DNA of 41,123 nucleotides from Patescibacteria group bacterium (GTDB taxonomy: Bacteria; Patescibacteriota; Minisyncoccia; Phycocordibacterales; EsbW-18). The stretch lies in contig JBBTUJ010000004.1 in assembly GCA_038063815.1 (NCBI GenBank), forward strand, positions 1 to 41,123, given 5' to 3'. Positions within the stretch are counted from its first letter, which is position 1, and each line of letters starts with the position of its first letter. A program made the translations under genes and the position numbers. Shown here in pieces: positions 26,657-35,568 of the stretch. A model generated the notes under the pieces. It was not told where the DNA came from. It searched no databases and saw only the letters and a program-made list of their open reading frames with translations.

Positions 26657-26682
26657 GATTCCACCATCATCCCACGCAGCAA
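26657..26682 (+). repeat. 26-nt cassette-boundary repeat 3
   Basis: GATTCCACCATCATCCCACGCAGCAA; 22 contiguous nt identical to repeat 2. Confidence 0.85.
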
Positions 26683-26711
26683 ATACATAAGTTCTTGGAT
26701 GACATATCTAC

Positions 26712-27308
26712 ATGTTGAAAAATCTCATTTTTGATTTTGACGGTGTTATTGCAGACACCCATGATATTAATTGGTTTCTCAGCCACGAGCATGATGAGAC
26801 CGCGACGTATGAAGATTTTCTGGCGCATCATGATGGAAATGTCTATGCAGAACCAAGAATTAAGTTTAAACCAGAAAGTTCACACCTCTTTTTTGATGAG
26901 TATAGAAAAAGAGTAACTACCAGCCATTTAGAAAAGTCGATAGAACCATTGAAAAGATTAAAGGAAAAATATTCTCTCTATATAATTTCGAGTACCAGCG
27001 AGCCCGTTATAAAAGAAATCTTGGAGAAAAGTCAGATATTAGATATCTTCGTTCGGATACTGGGGCAAGAAACCCATGAATCTAAAGTTGAGAAATTTAA
27101 AATGTTAATAGAGAACGGCGTTGTTACATCAGAGAATACGGTTTTTGTTACCGATACTTTAGGAGATATAAAGGAGGCGCATAAAGTAGGTATTAAAACC
27201 ATAGCCGAGACATTCGGGTTTCATAATAGGGAAAGATTAGAGACAGGGGAGCCTTTTAAAATTGTTGATTCTTGGGAAGAAATTGAAAGAACTGTTGATG
27301 GGTTATAA
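26712..27308 (+). CDS. HAD-superfamily hydrolase
   Basis: IFDFDGVIADT motif I; ISST; FVTDTLGDI. Confidence 0.9.
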   Translation: MLKNLIFDFDGVIADTHDINWFLSHEHDETATYEDFLAHHDGNVYAEPRIKFKPESSHLFFDEYRKRVTTSHLEKSIEPLKRLKEKYSLYIISSTSEPVIKEILEKSQILDIFVRILGQETHESKVEKFKMLIENGVVTSENTVFVTDTLGDIKEAHKVGIKTIAETFGFHNRERLETGEPFKIVDSWEEIERTVDGL

Positions 27309-27309
27309 T

Positions 27310-27335
27310 TACTTTACCATTGTCCCAAATGGCCA
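27310..27335 (+). repeat. 26-nt cassette-boundary repeat 4 (degenerate)
   Basis: TACTTTACCATTGTCCCAAATGGCCA; ungapped alignment to the other copies. Confidence 0.5.
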
Positions 27336-27349
27336 ATAATATCAAGTCC

Positions 27350-27946
27350 ATGAATATTCCAACTGTCACATTTATATATGCGTATCCCCTGGATGTCGGG
27401 AGAAGGCGACTTTTTGAAGAAAAGAATCTGGGATCATACCCATCACTCGAAGAGGTCAAGAAGGTAATACAACATTGGGAGCACGTTTGGCAAGAAACAA
27501 ATCAAGATAATAAAGTGATGCAGAAATTGGTTGAAGTATCGCGTCGTGTGCCAAAAAGAGCACTAGAATGTTTTGTATTCGGCGGAGGATTAAATCCAAT
27601 GTCGACTCCGTTTCTTATGCCGACGATGGCCCGCGGTGGTACGACAAGATCAGATGAAAATTTTATAGAGACCATGATCCACGAATTGCTCCATATTTTT
27701 GTGATGCATGACGCCGATACCTACTGGTCAATGGTGCGGGAAAAATATTCTAAAGAAACACCTCTTACTCAAAATCATATAATTATCTTTGCCATGCTTG
27801 CCAAAGCGTATCAGTATCTCTTTGGTCAAATGCCGCCAAGTTTTTCAGGGGGAGACCTGCCGGAAGAATACTCGCAAGCGATAGATATAGTTAAAGACGT
27901 TGGCTACGAACAAGTTATCGCTGAATATAACACCCTAGTGCAGTAA
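27350..27946 (+). CDS. Hypothetical protein with HExxH zincin-like motif
   Basis: ETMIHELLH; start chosen downstream of repeat 4. Confidence 0.65.
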   Translation: MNIPTVTFIYAYPLDVGRRRLFEEKNLGSYPSLEEVKKVIQHWEHVWQETNQDNKVMQKLVEVSRRVPKRALECFVFGGGLNPMSTPFLMPTMARGGTTRSDENFIETMIHELLHIFVMHDADTYWSMVREKYSKETPLTQNHIIIFAMLAKAYQYLFGQMPPSFSGGDLPEEYSQAIDIVKDVGYEQVIAEYNTLVQ

Positions 27947-27953
27947 TCAGGAT

Positions 27954-27979
27954 GGTTCTAACATCGTCCCACGCAGCCA
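27954..27979 (+). repeat. 26-nt cassette-boundary repeat 5
   Basis: GGTTCTAACATCGTCCCACGCAGCCA. Confidence 0.85.
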
Positions 27980-28031
27980 ACACGCTAGTTTAGTGTCCGG
28001 AAGAATGGCCTTTTTACTTCATATTGGACGT

Positions 28032-28071
28032 GTAAAGCCAGCTTTACTACTCTCTAGTGAGCGTCTATAAT
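28032..28071 (+). promoter_or_regulatory. Operator GTAAAG-N4-CTTTAC overlapping the -35 of a TTTACT-17-TATAAT promoter
   Basis: Palindrome at 28032-28047; same core at 28673-28688. Confidence 0.7.
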
Positions 28072-28078
28072 CAGACAT

Positions 28079-28291
28079 ATGCAGGAGAAGATAAAAAATG
28101 AGGTAAGCAAATATAGAACACAGATGGGCGTGACTCAAGAAGAACTCGCGTCCAAGGTGAATGTCAGTCGGCAGACCATCATTGCTTTGGAGAAGGGGAA
28201 CTACACGCCATCAATTTTACTGGCCCTAAAGATAGCGGGGTTTTTCAAAATGCCCGTTGAAAAACTATTCAAAATATCCTATGAGAAATAA
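28079..28291 (+). CDS. Xre/Cro-family HTH transcriptional regulator
   Basis: TQEELASKVNVSRQTIIALEKGNYTPSILLALKIA. Confidence 0.93.
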   Translation: MQEKIKNEVSKYRTQMGVTQEELASKVNVSRQTIIALEKGNYTPSILLALKIAGFFKMPVEKLFKISYEK

Positions 28292-28643
28292 TCTTTTAGA
28301 AACACTGGTGACCGCGTGTTTGATTGCGCTTGCAATTTTACTCCTCAATCCTTTTCAGTTTTGGATGCCTGATGTGGTAGTGATTTGTTTGCTTGCTGTC
28401 ACACTTGGCCTTTTTGGTATATTCGCAAGCTTTATACTTCGAGAAAGGGTGGCTGATGAACGCGAAGGGTTGCATCGCACCTTGGCAGGTAGAAATGCGT
28501 TTCTTGCGGGCTCTGGAGTGCTCACGCTTGCGATTGTTGTTCAGGGCTATACCCACTCTGTTGACCCATGGCTGGTGATAGCGCTGGTTGCCATGATTAT
28601 CGTAAAAATTTTGACCCGTATTTGGAGTGACAAAAACCTCTAA
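28281..28643 (+). CDS. Small membrane protein (DUF2178-like) paired with the Xre regulator
   Basis: 4 TM segments with a DERE motif; overlaps the regulator stop. Confidence 0.7.
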   Translation: MRNNLLETLVTACLIALAILLLNPFQFWMPDVVVICLLAVTLGLFGIFASFILRERVADEREGLHRTLAGRNAFLAGSGVLTLAIVVQGYTHSVDPWLVIALVAMIIVKILTRIWSDKNL

Positions 28644-28668
28644 GGGATGCCCTATTTATCCACTAAGT

Positions 28669-28712
28669 AGATGTAAAGTGTGCTTTACATCTGTTTTGGT
28701 TTTTATTACACT
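28669..28712 (+). promoter_or_regulatory. Operator overlapping the -35 of a TTTACA-17-TACACT promoter
   Basis: AGATGTAAAG-TGTG-CTTTACATCT perfect palindrome. Confidence 0.7.
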
Positions 28713-28753
28713 TATATCTATAACTAAATAGAATTAGTAGTTAATTATTTTTT

Positions 28754-29266
28754 ATGAATAAAACAACAGGAATTATTATTGGAGTCGTTGTCGTGGTACT
28801 CATCGCTGGAGGTATGTATGCATCAGTGAACAAGGGCGATGATGGAATGATGGACGCATCTTTAAAAGCGAAAGACGAGGACCAGATGATGAAGGACGAC
28901 CCAATCACACAAGATGGCAAAACCAACACGGTGGATGAAAGCGACAAAATGATGAAGGCAGGGTCGTATGAGGCATACGCGCCCGAAAAACTCGCGCGAG
29001 CCGAAACGGGCGATGTTGTGCTGTTCTTCCACGCATCATGGTGCCCATCATGCCGAGGATTGAACAGCGATATTGAGAAAAATCTTAGTGCGATACCGCC
29101 CGAGGTAAGCATCTTGAAGGTTGATTACGATACGGAGTCGGCGCTGAAGAAGAAATACGGAGTGACGTATCAGCACACGCTCGTACAAGTGGATGCAGAT
29201 GGCGCGATGATTAAGAAATGGAGCGGTAGCCCAACACTAAGTAGCTTGGTATCGCAAATCAATTAG
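28754..29266 (+). CDS. Membrane-anchored extracytoplasmic thioredoxin
   Basis: N-terminal TM, Met-rich linker, FFHASWCPSC. Confidence 0.9.
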   Translation: MNKTTGIIIGVVVVVLIAGGMYASVNKGDDGMMDASLKAKDEDQMMKDDPITQDGKTNTVDESDKMMKAGSYEAYAPEKLARAETGDVVLFFHASWCPSCRGLNSDIEKNLSAIPPEVSILKVDYDTESALKKKYGVTYQHTLVQVDADGAMIKKWSGSPTLSSLVSQIN

Positions 29267-29267
29267 C

Positions 29268-31076
29268 ATGATTTTCCTCGGTATATCAATTTTGGCGGGC
29301 ATACTCACGATTCTTGCGCCGTGTATATTGCCACTCCTCCCGGTGATAATAGGCGCGTCCGAAACAGGTGGGCGCCACATAGGAGGGCGAGCACTTGTGG
29401 TTATCGGCTCGCTATCTGTCTCCATTATTGTTTTTACGCTTCTTCTTAAGGCGTCAACGCTCCTTATTGATATTCCACAGGTATTTTGGAGTTGGTTTTC
29501 GGGTGTCATTATCATCTTGGTTGGTCTTGCGATTGTGTTTCCATTGCTTTGGGCAAAGGTGCCGTATGTAAACAAAATCAGCTTAATTGGCAACAAAGCG
29601 GTTGGGGCGGGGTATCAGAAAAAAAACTATACAGGAGACGTGCTGATTGGGCTGGCACTCGGTCCGGTCTTTACGACCTGCTCGCCGACGTATTTGTTTA
29701 TAATCGCAACGGCACTGCCCGCAACGTTCCTTACCGGATTTCTCTATCTTATTGGTTTTACACTTGGCTTAGCACTCGCGCTCCTTCTTGTTGCGTATTT
29801 TGGACAAAGTATCGTCAATGCACTTAGTGCTCGCATGAACACCACGGGGCGGATAAAACAGATCTTCGGTGTACTCATCGTTTTAGTTGGAATCGCGATA
29901 CTGACCGGATTCGATAAGAAGATTGAGACATTCATTCTTGATTCAGGATACGGCGCAACAATACAGCTGGAGAATACATTCATCGAACGATTTGCTCCGA
30001 CGGGTGCGTCGACAGAAGAAAGTCGTGGTGATGGCGCGTACGAAGTCATTACTTTGGCGGGGGGATGTTTCTGGTGTACAGAAGCGTATTTCCAGGAAGA
30101 AGAAGGAATCATTGATGCGGTTTCGGGATATGCTGGTGGAAGCGAAGACAGCGCTTCGTATCTGATGGTTGCGAAGGGAACGACGAAGCATCGAGAGGCG
30201 GTGCAGATAACCTATGATCCACAAATAATCTCCACCGAAGAAGTGCTTGATATCTATTGGTCGCATATTGACCCAACGAACACGGAAGGCCAATTTGCAG
30301 ACAATGGGTTTCAGTATACGACTGCAATTTTCTACCAAAACGATGAGCAAAAGGAGATAGCAATTGATTCAAAAACTCGATTGGAAGGGAGCAATCTTTT
30401 TGATGCGCCAATTGTAACAGTCATTGTCCCACTCACCACGTTCTTTGCAGCAGAAGAATATCATCAGGATTATTACAAAAAAGCGGAAGACCACTACGAA
30501 CGCTACAAAAAAGCATCAGGCAGGGCGGGGTTCGTAGAGGATACATGGGCAAAAGATGCCGCTATACAATTTTTAGAATCAGAACAAACAAATACTATGG
30601 ATACAAACGATGCGTCAAAGAAAGATAGCTACAATTACACCGACGAAGAAATCGCGGAATTACTCAAAAACCTAGATCCGCTTGCGTATCATGTGGTTGC
30701 CGAGAGCGGGACCGAATCGCCATTCAATAACGCATATTGGGATAACAAAGCAGACGGAATCTATGTCGATGTCGTTACAGGGAAACCCCTCTTTTCGAGT
30801 ACTCATAAATATGACTCGGGAACTGGCTGGCCAAGTTTTTGGAGAACGATCGACGACGATTCAGTAACGATGCATGAAGATAAGTCGCTTTCGACAACGC
30901 GCACCGAAATACGGAGCGATGCTGGACATGTTGGGCACGTTTTCGAGGATGGTCCCACGGAGGAGGGAGGCCGTCGTTTTTGCACCAATTCGGCTTCACT
31001 TCGTTTTGTCCCTAAAGCAGAAATGACCAAAGAAGGGCACGGTGAATATCTCTATTTGTTTGAGAAATCTGTGTAA
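29268..31076 (+). CDS. msrAB: CcdA/DsbD-type membrane domain fused to MsrA and MsrB
   Basis: APCILPLLP and TCSP (CcdA); AGGCFWC and AEEYHQDYY (MsrA); KYDSGTGWPSF, HVGHVFEDGP, RFCTNSASL (MsrB). Confidence 0.9.
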   Translation: MIFLGISILAGILTILAPCILPLLPVIIGASETGGRHIGGRALVVIGSLSVSIIVFTLLLKASTLLIDIPQVFWSWFSGVIIILVGLAIVFPLLWAKVPYVNKISLIGNKAVGAGYQKKNYTGDVLIGLALGPVFTTCSPTYLFIIATALPATFLTGFLYLIGFTLGLALALLLVAYFGQSIVNALSARMNTTGRIKQIFGVLIVLVGIAILTGFDKKIETFILDSGYGATIQLENTFIERFAPTGASTEESRGDGAYEVITLAGGCFWCTEAYFQEEEGIIDAVSGYAGGSEDSASYLMVAKGTTKHREAVQITYDPQIISTEEVLDIYWSHIDPTNTEGQFADNGFQYTTAIFYQNDEQKEIAIDSKTRLEGSNLFDAPIVTVIVPLTTFFAAEEYHQDYYKKAEDHYERYKKASGRAGFVEDTWAKDAAIQFLESEQTNTMDTNDASKKDSYNYTDEEIAELLKNLDPLAYHVVAESGTESPFNNAYWDNKADGIYVDVVTGKPLFSSTHKYDSGTGWPSFWRTIDDDSVTMHEDKSLSTTRTEIRSDAGHVGHVFEDGPTEEGGRRFCTNSASLRFVPKAEMTKEGHGEYLYLFEKSV

Positions 31077-31188
31077 GCGGGCCTTAGGTTTGAGCCGGCA
31101 GATCACTATGTTTTAAAGTACGATTTCGGGGGTTGTTGTATTCACCGATAAAGAATAAAAACATCTGCTATTATTGGGCATTACACCG

Positions 31189-31779
31189 ATGCCCACCACC
31201 ACTCCATTCTTCGTCGGTATTGCGGGCCCGAGCGGGTCAGGGAAGTCGACGCTCGCTCGTGCTATCGAAAAACAATATCCGACAATCGCGAGAGTTCGAT
31301 TTGATAACTACTTCAAAGAGCCAGAAGAATGTGAACAGATTAACGGAGAGCCGTTTTGGGATACGCCGAAGAGTTTAGATCTTGATCGTCTCCACAAAAA
31401 TCTGTTAGATCTCAAAAGTGGTAAACCAACACACGCGCCGCTCAACTATGATCGGGTTGCACTCACGCGTTCGTGGGGAACGATTGAGCCCGCACCCGTG
31501 ATGCTCATCGAGGGATTTCTTTTATTTGCCGATGAACGTATCCGCAACCTCTTTGACCTACGGGTCTATGTTGATCTTCCGGAAGATCTTCAGCTGGTGC
31601 GTCGCATGAAACGCACTCCCCGGGAAGAGTACGTTCGTGACATCATTATCGCGAATTACCGTCCACATGCTGTTGTGGCGAGGCAATGTGCACACCACGT
31701 TATCGATGGGGCTCGTTCAAAAAGAGAGGTGCAGGAGAAAATTATGGAGATAGTACGAAAGGTAAACAATCTTGTGTAG
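31189..31779 (+). CDS. udk: Uridine kinase family protein
   Basis: GIAGPSGSGKST, FDNYFK, WDTP, LIEGFLLF, RRMKR. Confidence 0.75.
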   Translation: MPTTTPFFVGIAGPSGSGKSTLARAIEKQYPTIARVRFDNYFKEPEECEQINGEPFWDTPKSLDLDRLHKNLLDLKSGKPTHAPLNYDRVALTRSWGTIEPAPVMLIEGFLLFADERIRNLFDLRVYVDLPEDLQLVRRMKRTPREEYVRDIIIANYRPHAVVARQCAHHVIDGARSKREVQEKIMEIVRKVNNLV

Positions 31780-31802
31780 AGGAAGTATACTAGGTATTGC
31801 GT

Positions 31803-32540
31803 ATGGACTTACATATCCGCCTTCCAAAAATGCTCGGGGATACGGTCGCAAGCACGGCGGTTCTTAAAACGCTCAGGGGCACATTTCCCGACAAAAAACT
31901 CATTGTCTACACTCATGTACCTGATCTGGTACAAGGTTTAGACAGTGTCGATGAAATCCACCCTTCAAAAAGTTTTGTTACAACGGACAGGTCTGTTGAT
32001 TTGCTTAATTTTTTAGAAGAGCGGGACCCTCTCAATGCAAAGCCCTATCGTCATCTCATTGATCATATGTATGAGGTGACGGAGGATTCTCTCCGGACTA
32101 CGCTCACACGAAATCACGTTCCTTCTTTTACTCCAGAACAAAAAGATCTAGAAGACGCAAAGAAGATTCTTGAAGAGGTCGATGAAGGTAAACCCGTAAT
32201 ATGGCTTCAAAAAAAGACGAGCACTCCAAAGAAAGATTGGTTGCACACGTATTGGCGGGAATTTGAAGACCACAACAAAAGTCGCTATACATTTTTGGAA
32301 CTTGATGGAAGATACGGGAGGCGAGCGGACATAACAGTTACTCAAATGTGCGCCGGAGGCATTACGCTCGACACCTTCCTATCTCACGGATCACAGGCCG
32401 TCGGAGCTTCGAATGTTGTGGTTATCCTTATGAGTACACGACCTGAGGTTGTTACGTACCCCAATCAGCATGTGTTGTACGAACAAGAGCACGTGGTCAG
32501 TCCTGACCTTGTCACTGAAACGTTACGGAAATTAGTTTGA
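31803..32540 (+). CDS. Glycosyltransferase family 9-like protein
   Basis: LGDTVASTAVLKTLR.FPD, KDW, ITLDTFLSH. Confidence 0.6.
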   Translation: MDLHIRLPKMLGDTVASTAVLKTLRGTFPDKKLIVYTHVPDLVQGLDSVDEIHPSKSFVTTDRSVDLLNFLEERDPLNAKPYRHLIDHMYEVTEDSLRTTLTRNHVPSFTPEQKDLEDAKKILEEVDEGKPVIWLQKKTSTPKKDWLHTYWREFEDHNKSRYTFLELDGRYGRRADITVTQMCAGGITLDTFLSHGSQAVGASNVVVILMSTRPEVVTYPNQHVLYEQEHVVSPDLVTETLRKLV

Positions 32541-32567
32541 GGGTATATGTGTCTTAGAAAAAATAAT

Positions 32568-33131
32568 ATGAAAAAAGTTCTCATTATTCACGGATTTGAA
32601 GGAAGCCCCAATGGCGGCTGGCGTCCGTGGCTTATGGGTGAGCTTGCAAAACATGACATCTACGCGTGCGCTCTTGCAATGCCGAAACCAGACGAGCCGA
32701 TATGTGCTGAATGGGTTGCAGAAGTCCAAAGGCATGTTGAAGGGAATAGGGACGACGAAGTCTATCTTGTTGGCCACAGCCTGGGCGTAGCTACGATTTT
32801 GCGTTATCTAGAATCCGCGCCACATCCTACCAATGTCCGCGGGGCGATGCTTATTTCGGGTCGTTGTGAAAAAGGCGGAGATCCAAAAATACACAACTTT
32901 TTTGAGAAGCCGTTTGACTACAACAGTATTCAATCCAAGGTTAAGAGTTTTTTAATAATCCATGGCGACAACGATCCTTACGTGCCGTTTGATAATGCAG
33001 AAACCCTCTCAAAAGAACTGGGTGGTACATTGCTAGCTATCTCAAATGGTGAGCACCTCAACAGCGAAAGCGGCTGGCTCTCGCTTCCGCAATGCCTCGA
33101 ACCATTAATGAGAATGATCGGAGTTGTATAG
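32568..33131 (+). CDS. RBBP9/YdeN alpha/beta hydrolase
   Basis: IIHGF, WRPWL, VGHSLG, DNDPYVP, GEHLN. Confidence 0.88.
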   Translation: MKKVLIIHGFEGSPNGGWRPWLMGELAKHDIYACALAMPKPDEPICAEWVAEVQRHVEGNRDDEVYLVGHSLGVATILRYLESAPHPTNVRGAMLISGRCEKGGDPKIHNFFEKPFDYNSIQSKVKSFLIIHGDNDPYVPFDNAETLSKELGGTLLAISNGEHLNSESGWLSLPQCLEPLMRMIGVV

Positions 33132-33136
33132 CGCGC

Positions 33137-33541
33137 ATGAAAAAGATTTTTATAGGCCTCATTTTCCTTTCGTTTCTTTTTATCGTTGATCAGAGTTTTG
33201 TGTCAGGTGATTTACCCGCCCTCACTCAACAAGCATTTATCGAATGCCAAGCGCAGAGGGGTACAAATACACCGCCACTCCCATTTCACTATGATGGTTG
33301 CACTTTATGGCCGAACGGTACCTGGGTTGAGTGTTGTGCAGAGCACGACAGTGCCTATTGGTGTGGGGGGAGTGCTGGGGATAGGTTAAAAGCAGATGTT
33401 GCTTTGGGTATATGTGTTAATGCAAAAGTTCCTCGTATAGGGTCTTTAATGCAACGCACTGTTCGTGTGACCGGTGTCCCGTGGATGCCTTGGAATGTAC
33501 GCTGGGGATTTGGATGGAAATATGGAAAGGGGTATAAATAA
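33137..33541 (+). CDS. Secreted Cys-rich protein, phospholipase A2-like motif
   Basis: Signal peptide; DGCT...CCAEHDSAY...AD..L..CV. Confidence 0.55.
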   Translation: MKKIFIGLIFLSFLFIVDQSFVSGDLPALTQQAFIECQAQRGTNTPPLPFHYDGCTLWPNGTWVECCAEHDSAYWCGGSAGDRLKADVALGICVNAKVPRIGSLMQRTVRVTGVPWMPWNVRWGFGWKYGKGYK

Positions 33542-34262
33542 AAAAGAGCTTTTGGAGAAAGTACGCCGTCTCCATAAGATTTTTCATAGTGGTAAGATTC
33601 CTGTCCTATCAAAACATGAAGTAAATCCCGGACTAGCTAAAGATAGTAGAGAGAACTATCTGTATTTTACTCTTCCACCTTGTATTAACTTTCAGAGAAG
33701 CTCAACTGCAATGTGGGCTGCGGCACTCAAAACATATAATGATCCCGAAACAAAGTATCTTTTTTATCCTGAAGAAGTAGTTACGCGTAGTCGAGACACC
33801 ATCCAAAAAGATTTACTGAAACACAAACTTGCTCTTCAGAAGAATAAACACACTGATATTTGGATGATCATATCAAAAGCATTCAGCGAGCATTTTTCAA
33901 ATGATCCCCGTGAGCTGCTCAAAAAGGGGAAGTGGGACGTTCTCGGTATCCATCAAATCATTCAGAAAGACATGAAAAAGGAATTTCCGTATATCAGTGG
34001 GCCCAAAATGTCGAATTACTGGCTCTATATCCTTTCCCAGTACACAGCCGCAAAATTTGCTAATATGCAGGAGATATCGATCATTCCGGATACGCACGTC
34101 CTTCAGTGTTCTCTCAGATTGGGCATGAGCGAGCCAAAGACATCTCCACTAGAAGTTGCTCGGATTTGGAAAGATCTCTTGGAAGGGATGGAGATATCGC
34201 CCGTAGAAATGCATCCCGTTCTCTGGAACTGGAGCCGAAACAATTTCTTGCCGGAAGTTTAA
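33522..34262 (+). CDS. Hypothetical protein, possible HhH-GPD DNA glycosylase-like fold
   Basis: FPYISGPKMSNYWL followed by IIPDTHV resembles HhH plus catalytic Asp. Confidence 0.55.
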   Translation: MERGINKKELLEKVRRLHKIFHSGKIPVLSKHEVNPGLAKDSRENYLYFTLPPCINFQRSSTAMWAAALKTYNDPETKYLFYPEEVVTRSRDTIQKDLLKHKLALQKNKHTDIWMIISKAFSEHFSNDPRELLKKGKWDVLGIHQIIQKDMKKEFPYISGPKMSNYWLYILSQYTAAKFANMQEISIIPDTHVLQCSLRLGMSEPKTSPLEVARIWKDLLEGMEISPVEMHPVLWNWSRNNFLPEV

Positions 34263-34267
34263 AAAAT

Positions 34268-34999
34268 ATGGAAAAGGAAATCAAAATCAAAACAGGGGAT
34301 GGACATATTATTTACGGCACGTTAAATGTACCGCGGAAACCCACAGCGGCTCTTGTTGTGTTTGTGCACGGACTCACGGGATCAAAAAATGAACACTTAT
34401 TTTTTAATGCGGCGAAATTGTTTCCATCAAAGGCTATCGCAACATTTCGTTTTGACCTATATTCTGGTGAAAAAAACGGACGAACTCTAACTTGCACAAC
34501 AATTTCAACTCATGCAAAGGATGTTGATACTGTAGTAAACCGCTTCAATGTTCGTTACAAGAAAATCTTTCTCGTTGGTCATAGTTTAGGTGGCCCCAGC
34601 ATATTGTTGTCTCGTGCCCGTAATAACGTTGCGGGGATAATTCTCTGGGATTCCGCCCACACTCTTCAGAAAAGTGATGAGGTAGATTATCGATATGATC
34701 GGCACCTCAAGGTCTATATTCTCTCGTGGGGAATAGAAATGCTTATTGGCAAGCGGATGTTTGATGATTGGAAAAGGCTTACACGTCCAAAAGATCTAGT
34801 GAAAAACGTTTCTGTGCCGATAAAAGTTATCTGTGCTGAGAAAGGAATTCTCATACGTCCTGGAAAAGAATATTACAAGTATGCAAAACAGCCGAAGGAA
34901 TTTATGATTATTAAAAAGGCCACCCACTGTTTTGACGAGCGAGGTACAGAGGAAAAGTTATTTAGTGAAACGATAAAGTTTGTGAAGAGACATTCATAA
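34268..34999 (+). CDS. Alpha/beta hydrolase
   Basis: VFVHGLTG, VGHSLGG, ATHCF. Confidence 0.85.
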   Translation: MEKEIKIKTGDGHIIYGTLNVPRKPTAALVVFVHGLTGSKNEHLFFNAAKLFPSKAIATFRFDLYSGEKNGRTLTCTTISTHAKDVDTVVNRFNVRYKKIFLVGHSLGGPSILLSRARNNVAGIILWDSAHTLQKSDEVDYRYDRHLKVYILSWGIEMLIGKRMFDDWKRLTRPKDLVKNVSVPIKVICAEKGILIRPGKEYYKYAKQPKEFMIIKKATHCFDERGTEEKLFSETIKFVKRHS

Positions 35000-35004
35000 G
35001 TACT

Positions 35005-35568
35005 ATGAAACGAATAATCGTCGTGCATCGTTGGTCCGGAGGCCCTGAAGACGATTGGCGGCCGTGGCTCAAAAAGGAGTTAGAAACTCTTGGATATGAG
35101 GTTGTTGTACCTTCGATGCCTGATACAGAAGTTCCTGTAATTGAAAAATGGGTCAGTCATCTTGCAAGTGTTGTTGGTACTCCAGATGCAGATACATATT
35201 TTGTCGGACACAGTATCGGAGGTCAGACGATACTTCGATATCTTGAAACAATTAATACACCTGTCGGAGGTGCAATATTTGTCGCGGGATGGTTTGATCT
35301 CAAAAATCTCGAAGGCGACGAGGTGCAGGAAATCGCAAATCCGTGGCTCACCATTCCGATTGATTTGGAAAAGGCGAAACAGGTGCTTCCAAAATCAACC
35401 CTTCTTATTTCGGACAACGACCCCTACGATGCATTTGAAACAAATAAGAAAAAGTTTGAAGAACTCGGGTCAAAGATAGTTGTTGTCCCCGATGCCGGTC
35501 ATTTTACAGAGGACGATGGGTTTGTGGAACTTCCGGAGGTGGTGGAGGAGCTGGAGAAACTTTCCTAA
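35005..35568 (+). CDS. RBBP9/YdeN alpha/beta hydrolase (second paralogue)
   Basis: WRPWL, VGHSIG, SDNDPY, AGHF. Confidence 0.88.
   Translation: MKRIIVVHRWSGGPEDDWRPWLKKELETLGYEVVVPSMPDTEVPVIEKWVSHLASVVGTPDADTYFVGHSIGGQTILRYLETINTPVGGAIFVAGWFDLKNLEGDEVQEIANPWLTIPIDLEKAKQVLPKSTLLISDNDPYDAFETNKKKFEELGSKIVVVPDAGHFTEDDGFVELPEVVEELEKLS

Noticed and set aside
25277-27979. CRISPR array or classical integron interpretation of the 26-nt repeats
   Set aside because: Spacing is 0.5-0.85 kb with whole genes between copies; there are no cas or intI genes and no attC-type palindrome.
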